From Pelomyxa schiedti (lineage: Eukaryota > Protista > Evosea), in the NCBI GenBank assembly GCA_020536535.1, contig JAHLWZ010000834.1:1-64000 (forward strand): DNA of 64,000 nucleotides, read 5' to 3'. The notes under the pieces were generated by a model, which was not told the DNA's origin, searched no databases, and saw only the letters and a list, made by a program, of their open reading frames with translations. Positions within the stretch are counted from its first letter, which is position 1. Each line of letters begins with the position of its first letter. Both the position numbers and the translations under genes were made by a program. This document shows, in pieces, positions 24,987-36,873 of the stretch.

Positions 24987-25035
24987 TTTTAATTGTCTTT
25001 TGAAAATAGAAACACAAACAAACGCATTACAACAC

Positions 25036-26497
25036 TCAAGTCTTTTGGGTTTTTATTTGTTGCTGTTGCATAGCCACGCGAATTGCTCTGTCATAGAAGT
25101 TGGATCCATTAACTAGTTTTTAAATAAAAAGGACAAACCTTATCCTTTTGAAGACCACTTCCAGATCCTTTTTCATGTTGTTTACCATCTTTGTGTGTTT
25201 TTCTATTGCTGGTCCCAATTCCGCAAACTTGGCGGCACACTCTTCATTGAATTTGTTGATGGTCTCAGTAGTTTTGTGAGCCTTTGCGATTCTGCCATAA
25301 GGTAATTCTAGTTAAGTCAACTACAAGGAAAAAACGGTACTTACATGTCCTTCTGTGTGTTGATGAGAGGGTCCAGTGGCTCACCAGCAATCATTTTGAC
25401 CACACACGCAGATACTTGTCGTGAGGCTGGGTGGTCCACTTGAATTTGAGAAATTGTTGGTGTGTCTACAGCTGCCTGCTTGGGTTGTTGGGATGTATCA
25501 GGTTGTGGCTCAGGCTTTACTGGAGTTACAGTGGGTTCCTGGTTTGTGGCAATTAAAGATTTAGTTTTGCATAGGAGAAAACACGGGGTATATCAAAGCA
25601 TATTATCTATTAGTTTATGTTTCTGTTCTAGCCATTATAGAATAGACACGGTTTTTGTTAAGTTTGTGTTGTACCACCAACCAGGTGCTTTTCAGCCTGA
25701 TGTGTGTCCTGTTGCACACCACTAACACCAGTGCCAGTCTCAGGGCTCTTATTTGCAGCAGTGCAACTGGCGATTACGTCAGATTTTGCCAGCAACTGCT
25801 CTGCAGGAGGAGCAGCAGTTGCTCTGACGTCAATGTCAATGACAGAAGCCTGCACCCACGTCTCCTGCTGTTCCTCGTTTGTTGTCGCCACTTTCTCTTT
25901 GGGAACTAGTTGGGCCGCCTGCGACGAGGCACTTTCCGGATCCGGAATCGACGATGTGCCTCGAGGCTGGGACATGAGCAGGGTCTGGTCGACGGCCTCG
26001 ACCGCGTCCTCGATGTCGACGGCCTCGAGGGCGGCGTCGATCACCGCCGCGTCGGCCGCCTCGTCCGCAGCCGCGATGGTCTTGGCGGAGATGTGGGGGG
26101 AGCCCGAGGGCACGGGGGGCTCCGCAGTTGCATTCCTGGAATCGGTGGGATCGGCACTAGGCGCGGTCGTTGTCGCAGCAGCTGACGACGACGACGATGA
26201 CGACGTGTCCTCTGTGTTGTTGGGGGACGGCGTTGTTGGGATTGTGGTCTGCGGCGGCGTCTCGGACGTTGCGGCGTCTGTTTCCGGCGGTGGTTGTGAC
26301 GATGTCGAGGGTGCTGACGGCGTTGGTGAGGGTTGTTGGTCTGGGGCAGTTGTTTCGGGCTCGGGGTGCTTTGTTTCCTCAGTGATCTCAGTTGGTGTTT
26401 GTGGAGGGGCAGATTCGGTAGTAGTAGAAGTCGTCGACACCTCCTGGGCGTCGCGGCTTTCGCTTTCGGCTACTTCGTCCGGCGCACCATCAGCCAT
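25036..26497 (-). CDS. KXD1: KxDL-motif protein (KXD1/BORC subunit-like) with long acidic disordered N-terminus
   Basis: C-terminal INKFNEE...EKHTKMVNNMKKDLEVVFKRIRAIR. Confidence 0.75.
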
Positions 26498-26568
26498 TGA
26501 ACTGGTTTTGTTTTTTCTCGGATCAGTTCCCATCAGGCAGAACACAAAACAAAAAAAAAAACCGAAAA

Positions 26569-28513
26569 ATGGACGAGATACGACGGCTTGGGTACATGTT
26601 GACGCCTAACTTGGACTTGCGCCAACAAAACGGTGTGTCTAGTGTCTATAAAACCTGCCCCAATGGTGTTATGGGAATAACGTTTCGAATTTGTCGACTG
26701 GGCAACAGGGGGCCAGTACCAGTGGGTCAGTCAACCTGCTTACGAAGAATTGGTATGTGTCCGACAGTTTTGAACTTTTTGAGTGAACCAAGAATTCCAC
26801 AGGGGCGAGCTGTATTGGTACACGTGCAACACTTATTGGAAAGTGAGCACCATATGTCACCTATGAGGATTCCCCTCGATGCAAAACCATATGAGCCAAC
26901 CGCACTTATCTTTGTGGGCAATGGATACCGAAATGCAGAGAGACTCTTGATTCTGGTTGCGAACCCGGAAGATAGGATTGGGTATCTTCATTTTCTTCCA
27001 GTGCATCTGGCTCTAATTGCTTGAACTCGAAGACCTGGCCAGTGGTGCCGTGCTGTGTGTATAAACGATGGATTGAAAAACGGTTCCGTTCTGGAATATG
27101 TCAAAAGAGGAAATGAACTGGGATTTGGTATTTTACTTTTTTGGTAAATCCTTGACTGCTGATTTATTTTGCAAAGCCTCTATTGTGCTCAATACAGTTG
27201 ATCATGTGAGAGGCAGCGCCAACCCCGAGTACAAATTTCTGCACTCCCATCCACTCTCATCATTTACAGAGAGCACATGCAATACGTTTGGGACAACGTC
27301 ATCGATAACTGTAGGGCCTCACAAATTGCAATCGTAGCAAACAAGAAAGGTGGTGATGCTGTTATGAACCTCATCAAGAGATCACGTGAGCATGCTTTTT
27401 TCCTTATTGTTGAACTCAGGGAGTTGTGTTGATGACAGCCGGGATTCTACAACGCTTTTTGTGCCTTGCCCTTGTTGACTGCGAGTTTTCTTTCTATGGT
27501 TATCCACCGGCACTGCGCAAGCAAGTTGTCTCGATATCGAGGAATTGGTTACGCTCACGTGACCCATTGGATGCCCCCATACTGGGAAAATCCAGTACTG
27601 GTACTATTATTGTATTTCTCCACTTGTATCTTCTCAACAGAACAGATATGATTTATTGTGTATCGTCTGGAACCGACAAAAATGACCGTGGCATTGGCTA
27701 TGCCAGAGCTAGTGTAATGGGATACATACAGTCTTCAATAAAAGTACCGAATCAAAAATCCAAAAAAAGGGATTACGGCAACCAACAACTGTAGCCCATT
27801 GAATCCTCAGTGAGAACACACATAGTGGAGCGCAACAACGCAAAATGGCGTGTGTGCACGACTTCCACCACTTTGGAAGGTTTGTGTGAGAGCATCAGGG
27901 GTGTTTTATGTCTTCCCGCCGCCCTAACACCCGGCCACCTGGAGTACTGGTCCGAAGTCCTCAGGGATTGGATTGTACCAAAGGTTATAATTCTTCTGCA
28001 TCCGAGATGCCATTGTAACTCTGTTTAGGTTCTTTCTGAAATTCCTCTGGGAAGTGCAATGCGAATCCGAGACCACCGTCCGTTTGAATCCCCTTCCAAA
28101 CAACCATAATAAAGTAAGTAATTTTCTTGCACAGCTGTTGAGATTCCAGCCACGCCTTTGGTTGCATCCGCACCCCTAAACTCCAGTGCTGCCCTCAGGA
28201 CAGCAGCAGCGACAACAACAACTCCAACACCAATCGCCGCATCAACTCCTCCCCCTTCAACAACTTCAACAGCAACAACACCTTCCGAAAATCCCGAAGA
28301 CAATCTCTGTTGCATATGCATGATTGGCTCCAAGGTAACTAATTAAGTCCTACTACAACAAACAACAAACACTCAACACAGGAAGCAGTGATCATTCCAT
28401 GTGGGCACGTTGCGACGTGCTTGCCGTGTGCCCAGCAGCTGGTGTCATCAAAGCACACCTGCCCAATTTGCCGCTCTGCAATTGTATCTGCTGTGAAACT
28501 CTATAAAGTTTAA
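26569..28513 (+). CDS. Arb2/FAM172A-like alpha/beta-hydrolase-fold domain fused to C-terminal C3HC4 RING
   Basis: RLLILV...RPGQWCRAVCINDGLKNGSVLEYVKRG..GFASIVLN, PEEHMQYVWD, RNWLRSRDPLD, VSSGTD match the FAM172A/Arb2 pattern. RING CCICMIGSKEAVIIPCGHVATCLPCA...CPICR. Splicing joins them in frame. Confidence 0.78.
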
Positions 28514-29976
28514 TAACAAAGCCACATAGCCACATTCCCATTCATCATTAAGAAAGAGGAGATTGAAAACTTCCTCTTTCTTTTTCCTGTCACTGTGCTG
28601 TGGCGCAGTCGAGGGAGCAAATTGTATGGGTGGTGTTTTTGTTTGAGGTTGTTTATGTCTATTGAGGGTAATGGTGATGATGAATCATCAGATAGACTAG
28701 AATGTAGATAGAACCATCCTTGGGATTTGGTTGTTTATCTGTGAAGAGGGCACTTGCTGTCGTTGTCGCTACTGTTGTTTGGGGTGTTTGCGTTGCACAT
28801 GGGGAAGAATGGTGACTCTGTAACTGGGTAATGCCCAGTTACCCAGCATCTGTGAGTGTTGCTGTATTAATCGGCATGGTGCTAGTGGCCTGAACTGAAT
28901 GTTCGACCAATGACCGCAGCTACTGGGCCAGCCAAGCAATTTGATTTGGCGTCAATCTGTTAGCTGCTAGCTGCCCAAGCAAAACACCAGGATTGATCCT
29001 TTGATTCAAGAACAGGTCGATTGTCGCTAGGCCAGGGGTTAGTGACCAAAAACCCAGCTAGGTTTAGCTGGCGTAGCACTGCTGTCAAAGCCATTGCATC
29101 GGGGTTGATTTCCTTTCATTGGAAAGGCCTGATTAATTAACGTTTCCCGAGGGTGGTGGGACGTTGGAGCGGCGAGCCGAGTCGCCCCGGCACGTGATGC
29201 ACCCCTGGGCACGTCACCTCCTCGTCGCCTTACCATCTTGTTTTGTTGTCCTAAGTGGGTATATAAAAAAAAAAAAGCCACGTTTGCACGTCCGTTCCCG
29301 TTCCCTTTTTTTTTTTCTGTTTCTTGTGTCGCGGATCGAATTTTGTCCCGGATCTGTGTCATAAGGGGCGGCACCTCTCACACAGAGATCTTGCCTGGCC
29401 CCTTTGTCGTCTGTACCGCCGTTACCAACACACCGTGCCCCTTTGACCTGACTTTGGAAACCCTCAGTTGCGCCAAAATTTGGGAAATTTCGCCACGTTG
29501 TGTGTCTTTATCCTTCCATTTCTTCAAAACAAATCATAAAAATAAAAAAACCCAGCGGACCAACTCTACCGCAAGCATCTTTGTAGTCATCTTCGTAGTC
29601 GTGCAACGCACGCAAGGTATTACAATTCATTTTACATCGAGACGCTTTGCTTCTACACCTACGTATCGTTTAAGCACTAATTTACCACAAAATCACCTTA
29701 CTTTACCTCCACGCCTAATATTGATTTGCAGAGAGGATGGTCTCTGTAGAAATTCCTCTGAGCAGTATAAATTTCCTTCCTACTATTAATCTTTTTTACC
29801 TTGCACAGTGTATCATATCACATTTATTAACAACTACAACAAAATCTCCAAGGGTGGTTTCATTGCTGCAAAAGGTAAAAGGTAGGTCTCAAAACACACC
29901 CCTTGGTGCCGATTGGCGCCAAGGGAACAAGGGAAAACTCCCCTGTCTTTGTAATTTTCAACGGACCGGAATGCTT

Positions 29977-30877
29977 TTATTTTCTCTTTCCAAAAGTTTG
30001 TAGTTTTTTGGTGCTGGAAACGAAAGTTGCGGACGAGTTCCCACTTGGGGTAAAGAACATTTTATGGTAACACTTTATTGGAAAATGTGAAAGGCGGTTC
30101 TGTGGTGTGAAGGGATTTCTTGATGAGGTACCCTGTGAAGTGTTGGTTATCTGGTGTGATGCGATATACATGGAGGTTCAACACTCCAGCAATTGCAGAC
30201 TTCGAGGCCAGGTACTGAAACGTCCAGTTGCTTGTGTGATAAAGTCAAAAAGTCATCTACAAGATACAAAAGAACCTGTGGCCACCCTGTTGATAGTAAT
30301 AAGAAGATAATAATTGCAGCCGAGGTTTCAAAGCGGTCTCACCTGAGTTGAAAATGCCATCTTTTCATCGAGAAGATTGAAGCCAGAAACAGTCCATTCT
30401 TGCCCTAAATGTGACATAACATGTCTTGTACTGAGGGTTTGAGTGACAGGATCTTCTTTAACAAAAATGGAAGATAGAAAGTGCACGTCGGCCCATAATT
30501 CGTCGTAGACCTGATGAGACAGAACAGAGTGAGCAATTAGAGGAGCGGTTATATTTATCTCCTTTACCCCATTCCAAGCAGATAAGGACACTTCATTTCG
30601 CCACATCGATGGAAAGAATAGAGACCAAGATATGGCGGAGGCTTGTCGTTTTGCTTCGTGATACGACGCGGCAAACCAGTGCTTGCTGTGATGTCGCCAA
30701 ATTTTTTCATTTCTCCAAACAACCCTCATGAAACCGTAAGTTGAGATTCGAAGGTAACGTAGGTACGTACCTGTGGAGAAACGTCGAGACCATTGACATT
30801 CTGCAACAATCAACGGGGCTCAAGATCTTCAAGATAATCTCCCACACCTCCGACGTCAACTCTTCGGCAGAGCACAT
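29977..30877 (-). CDS. F-box protein (C-terminal part uncharacterised; 3' end uncertain)
   Basis: N-terminal LTSEVWEIILKILSPVDCCRMSMVS...NEKIWR. Confidence 0.65.
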
Positions 30878-31100
30878 TTCTTTCTTCCTTGTTTTTTTTG
30901 GTCGAATGTCTCTTAGATCTTAGACAGGCACGCGCTCGTTCGTGTTTCCAAAATTCAAGCGTGAGAAAAATGTGTCAGGGTTACGACAGCATTTTGACAG
31001 GTGATAATTAAGAGCCGGGCAATGCTGTCAATTTCGTATTTGACAAGTGGCGGACAGTGTTTCGGTTGGAATATCGGCACAAAAAACCAAGAAATCAAGT

Positions 31101-33566
31101 ATGGATTCAACAACCAGAGGATTGGAGGCCAGAGCGTTACAGCTGAGGATCGACAGCATCAGGTGCACATCGAAGGCGAGATCAGGTCACCCGTCATCTT
31201 GTTTGTCTGCGGCAGATCTCGTTTCTACGTTGTTCTTCCACGTAGTCAAGGTGTGGTTTCACCTTGGAGGAAATTCGTTGTCACCAGGCCTCAAACAGAT
31301 CGATCTGAAGAACCCTAATGCTGTGAACAATGACCACTTTGTGTTGTCCAAGGGTCACGCGGCACCCATCCTCTACGCGGTGAGTAATTTGTTTTGATTA
31401 AATCTCGTAACGGTGTGAAGGTATTCAAGCAGTTAGGGGTGATATGCGACAACGAACTTCTCAAATTGCGTAAATTTGGTTCTCGTCTTGTATGCTCTCG
31501 CATTGTGGTTTTTATGTTTGACAAAAAACCACAGGAGGGTCACCCCACTCCAAGGTTTCCTTTTGTTCATGCTGCAACGGGTTCACTGGGCCAAGGGTTG
31601 GGGATTGGCAGTGGAATTGCACTTGGGAAAAAGTTGCTGAAGGCACAGTACCCCACACAGGGTTTTTAACATAACAACGTGTGCAGGTTCCCTCACGTGT
31701 GTATGTACTCATGGGAGATGGAGAGTACGCAGAGGGTTCTGTTTGGGAGGCAGCTGGCATTGCTGCGGCTAGAAACCTTGACAACATAACCTTGATCGTG
31801 GATGCAAATAAATTTGGGCAATCAGGTCCTTCAGTATGCTATTACAAGCCCTGCTACTGTTGACAAGTGCACAGCTTCATCAACATGATCTCACAGCAAT
31901 AGCGGGCAAGTTTTCTGCTTTTGGGTGGCACACAATATGCATCGATGGCCACAACTTCAGAGAAATTCTACGTGCATTTGAAGAAGCACTGCAACAAAAG
32001 GTTGTAAGACAAATTTTGTACCTACGCAAACCCTCATGCCTGGGACAGGGGAAGCCTTCCGTGATCATTGCAAAAACTGTGAAAGGATACCCTTTCAAAG
32101 AGCAGCAACATGGAAAGCCATACCCTGCGAGTGAAGTTGATGTGTTAGTTGAGCAGTTGAAAGAGCAGTAATCACTCAGTTGTGTAATAAATGATGACTC
32201 TTCTTCTACAGGTACATAAGTGCTGAAGCAGTCACACTATCCCCTACATTCCACATGGCTGCTGCACTCCCTGAATCGGTTTCCCTTGATCGAAGCCCCT
32301 CAATTAAGGTCAACTTGGGGACCAGTTCTTTGAAAGACGAGTTCCTTCCCAATAAGGTAAGTCTTGCTATTCCTTTGTCGTTCACTACTTAACCATTTGG
32401 TAAGGTAATATCAACCAGAAAAGCTTTTGGTCTAGCGCTTTCTGCTCTGGCTGCAGCGTCACCTCAAGTGATCGCCTTGGATGCTGATGTAAAAAACTCT
32501 ACCTACGTAGAGATAGTTGAGAAGGTAAGGCAGTTCCAAGTCATTTCTGAATGGCTCACGTGACCGCCAAGGCTCACAGCAACCAAGTTGTTGAATGCTA
32601 TATCGCTGAACAAAATATGGTTTCTATGGCAATTGGTTTGAGCATCGTGGGATTTATACCCTTTGCTGCTACTTTTGGTTGCTTTTTGACAAGAGCGTTT
32701 GATCAAGTGTGTCACACTTTTTTCCCAAATTTTCATAACACAAGCAATTAGATAAGGATGGCTGGTGTAGGATCCAACCCCATAAGAATTGCAGGTTCTC
32801 ATTGTGGTGTATCGATCGGGGAGGATGGACCTTCTCAGGTACGGTACAAAAGTTTGTGTGTTACACCCGATAACAAAATAAGATGGCTCTGGAAGATATA
32901 TCAATGTTCAGATCGATACCAAACAGTGTTGTTGTGTACCCGGCTGACGGTGTTGCGGCGTTCAAGTTGACCGAGTGCATTGCAAATAATCATGATGGTG
33001 TATCCTATATCCGCTTAAGCAGACAAGATTCGTACGTACTTTCTCCGAGATTTATTCTCGGGAATCAACAATCCCGCAGTACAATCATATATTCCACGGA
33101 GGACGAATTTCATATAGGAGGAAGCAAGATTATTCGTTCCTCTGAAGCTGACCAGTGCTGCATCATTGCGTGTGGAATTACACTTTTCGAGGCTCTAAAA
33201 GCAGGTGTGCAAGTGAATTCCCGTGGATAAATGAAGTCTTACAACGCCTCAGCGGAATTACTGAGTTCAACAAACATCAATTGTTGTGTGATTGACGCTT
33301 ATAGTGTGAAGCCCCTCGACGAGGCTACCATACTGGCAACTGCCAGCAGGTGCAAGCGATTGGTCACTGTTGAGGATCACTATGAAGCAGGTGGACTTGG
33401 AGAAGCAATATCCACACTACTAAGCAATAAGTGTGAGACGAAGGTTCAAGTACAAACACTCTGTGTGCGCTCAGTTCCGTCATCCGGCTCTCCAGAAGAA
33501 TTGCGCAGCTGGGCTCGTATAGACAGCCGCAGCATTGCGGCGAGTGTCCTCGCCCTTATTCGATAG
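31101..33566 (+). CDS. TKT: Transketolase (animal/TKT-type)
   Basis: SGHPSSCLS, FVLSKGHAAP, EGHPTP, ATGSLGQG, GDGE..EGSVWEA, IAEQNM, SHCGVSIGEDGPSQMALED, VEDHY. Confidence 0.96.
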
Positions 33567-33706
33567 GAACTGCCGCCTTCCACGTTCCAAAGAAGATTAT
33601 GGTATTCACCACATTCAATGAAGAAGATTATGGTATGCTAGTGCAAAAAAAAAACTTCATTTTATTTCCTGTGGCTACATTGGCAAAAAGGAAGTGGTTT
33701 TGTTAG

Positions 33707-35631
33707 TTAAGGCTTGATGACCGTGAAAGGAATATCCAGGGATTGGTTGATGTTGGTGGTGATGTCTACTACTGAAAGGCACATGACAAATTTGCCGGCT
33801 TTGGTAAGTTTGAGAGGGCACGTGAATTCGAGTGCCGGTGATGCTGTGGGTGTCTCTATCTTCGCATCAATCTTGGCAGTGTTGGGTGTTCTAAGTGCCA
33901 GCTTTTGTTTGATTGGGTGTAAGTTCATCGAGTTTTCATAACATTGTAGAAAAAACCTGATTGGTTTCAACGTCACGTATGTTGTAATCCAATTCTGAAG
34001 AAAGAATTAGAAAGATAATACCAGATGAGTTACTTACTAGCAACAACACGCCTGCCACTTGGAGTTAAACCCTCACATACGATTTTCATATACCTGGATT
34101 CTCCCTTCCACCCAGCTGTTTGGAAAGTTAAAAGAAAGAAACCCTTGGAGGTTGTGTATACAAAGAGAGACTGAAGAAGTGCATGCACTGTCAGAATAGA
34201 AAGATAGCTTGGCTATCACTATCTGGGTTGGCCTCTCGTATTTAAAGTTCCTTTTAGGTAATCAAACTCTCATGTTATTTTGTGAGAAGGAGGAACCGTG
34301 AAAATGACGCAGTTTGTCCTGTTCTGTGGTCCATAACAGAATACTCCACTGCGTACCTGTGAAAATGTGATTTTATTGATTTTGTGTAAATATGAGGAAG
34401 TACATTCCAAAGGCAAGTTTTTTCTTTGCCAAAGAGAGATTGAAGAATCCTGAGAAGAGGTTATTAACAGAAGGAAAGGAGGACTATGTAGAGTATACCA
34501 GAGAGTTCGTCACCCCCTAAAAATAGAGTTGGAGTGGAGGGGTACGCATTTTGATCCAGTACTTTGTGAGTAACAGAATCCGTAATGCGGATGGTAGAGG
34601 TTACACGAGTTTTGTTGCGGGAATCAACTTTGAGCCCACAGATAGAAAAACGGTAAACTATCTTGGGGAACCATTGAGAAAAGAAGACATCGTAACAAAA
34701 CTAAGACCTGGGAGTGTGGATAATAGGCGGTGATTGGGGTTTCTGCAGCAGGTCCATAAGGGCCAGCATAACAGCATTCAATATCTACGAAAATCTTTGT
34801 AAGCCCAACAGTTTGCGAAATAAAACTGCCACACCCGCAATTTTGAGGGGTCCACCGCCCGTAGAGTCGACTATGCAAAAGTTGAATGGATCCCAAAGTT
34901 AGCCAAACATAGCGACACAAGGATTTTCATTAATGAATCATAAGCAAAAGCTACGCACCGACATCAGGCTCCACAATTGACAGCTCAATCTTTCCCAAGG
35001 CCGAGCTCGTGCCCCCCTCGTTCCACGCGTCGTCGTCCGCGTCGGCGTCGTCGTCGGCCAGCAGCCTGTACTTCTCCTCGGACGACCCGTGCTCCTTGGT
35101 GATCGCGGGCTTGGAGTGCAGCCTGGGCGACGACGTGGGGCTCGCGGTCGCCGCGGATGCGGCCGAGGACGACGAGGAGGAGGAGGACGACGGCGAGGCG
35201 CAGCCCGACCCGGAGGGGGAGCTCGGCGTGCCACCCCCGGTCGTGGCGGCGTTGCCGCCCATGTGCTGCTGCACCACGGTGTCGAAGGGCAGCCACAGGC
35301 CCCCCTGCCTCTCGGGCACCGAGCGCGGCGAGTTGTGCGGCGACGTGGAGTGGGGCGACGTGGGCGCCGTGGGGATGAGGAAGGTGTGGCCGCCGCCGTT
35401 GGGCGGGATCGGAATCGCCTGCGTGGGCGACGGGGCCTGCTGCGTGCGTGAGACCGTGGGCGAGGACGGCGTCGAGGAGCAGGAGGAGGCGGAGGAACGT
35501 GAGGTCTCGACGGTTATGTTGGCCCGTGGGCTGTCCCTGTCCGAGGACGAGGTAAATCTCGAGAAGAACGAGGACGAGGAACTACGGCTCCTGGGTCTGT
35601 TGGTGTTGCTTGGTGGCGGCAATAACGACAT
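33707..35631 (-). CDS. Hypothetical protein: Ser/Pro-rich disordered N-terminus plus two predicted beta-sandwich domains
   Basis: GC-rich first exon ORF (226 aa), then several GT-AG exons ending LKLTKAGKFVMCLSVVD...IPFTVIKP*. Confidence 0.6.
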
Positions 35632-35818
35632 CCCCTCGTATCTTGATTAAATTGGTTGGTGTTGTGATTTCTGGCGGGTTTTTTGGAGCTTTTCGCTTTT
35701 TCGCGAAGAGAAAAAGCCGAAAGGAAAATGGGGTGATCAAAACAACAGAAAGCGAAGTGGTGAAGGTAGAGTGAAGGATAGTCTTAAAAACATCATTTCA
35801 GAAGACTGGAAAAATCTT

Positions 35819-36611
35819 CTAGGATTTCTCTTTCTTCTCTGCTGGCTTCGCGGCCTTCTCTTTCTTGGGTGCCTTCTCCTTCTTTGGTGCCTTGGCTGCC
35901 TTCTCAGCTGGCTTGGCGGCCTTTTCCTTCTTGGGTGCCTTTGCGGCCTTCTCTGTTTTCTTTCCTGCTTTCTCTGGTTTGGCTGCCTCTGGTTTTTTCT
36001 CTGCGGGTTTCTCAGCGGGTGTTGGTGCTGCTGGGGTTTCTTCGGCTTTGGCGTCCTCGGCACCCTCCATTGTGCGGAGGATATCTGAGTCTCCGGGGTC
36101 AATGATGCTCATTACACCGACCTTGTAGAGTCGCCCACAGGCAGTTCCGAGATCGATGTTGGTGCCCTGTGCAAAGTTAGGGGCTGGTACATAAATTGGC
36201 AGGGTGGCACATTGTAGTGATGGACAGTAGTTCCGGAAAGAAGAGAGTAGTACTCAATTTGTGATTTGACAAGAGTGGGGCAATTGTTGCTGATGATTAC
36301 GAGCTTAGCTATTACAAAAAATGAGTGCCGTGGAAAAAGCAAACTGAACACAAGAAAACAGGCACAACACAAAAACCGTAACGATACACTTTCGCAACCA
36401 CACGGAAAAAAAACAAAAAAAAACCCGTAAAAAAACGAGGAAACAAGATCCAACCAAAAAGACATCACAGGGATAATAGCGTACCGCTGTCGTGTCTCAA
36501 ATTTTTCAGGGTTTGGTTGGTCCCCAACGTGTACTTGCCGCTCTTCATCACAAGGGCCAATCGCGTGTTGATGTTTTCCGCATTCTTCTTCACCTTCTTG
36601 GCTGCTGGCAT
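35819..36611 (-). CDS. RPL30: 60S ribosomal protein eL30 with Lys/Ala/Glu/Pro-rich C-terminal extension
   Basis: [50 protein letters not shown]; 3 exons. Confidence 0.95.
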
Positions 36612-36873
36612 TTTTGTGTTATTTTACGTCGTTGGCGACGGGGCGGTGACGATGGAGACCGGGGCTTAATGACAAAGATATTCGGAAAAAAATAAAAAAA
36701 AAAAAAGGACCCATCAAATCAACTGCGGCAGTTCCTTACGTAGAAATGCCAACTGCAACATTCTATCCGACATTTCTAACCAAACCTTTTTCCCAGTAGA
36801 TACGAGATGTGCGGGTGAAGTCATTCGTCGACACTCATTTTTTCACGAAATAAATAAATACCCAGCAAACAAG

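Noticed and set aside
25704-26609. Long antisense ORFs (also 35009-35650 +, 47479-48225 +, 49853-50479 +, 13740-14249 +)
   Set aside because: They are shadows of GC-rich or low-complexity coding exons on the opposite strand and carry no independent motifs.
36310-36483. Long RPL30 intron as a possible snoRNA host
   Set aside because: There is only an imperfect C box and no CTGA D box. The intron is mostly T-rich sequence.
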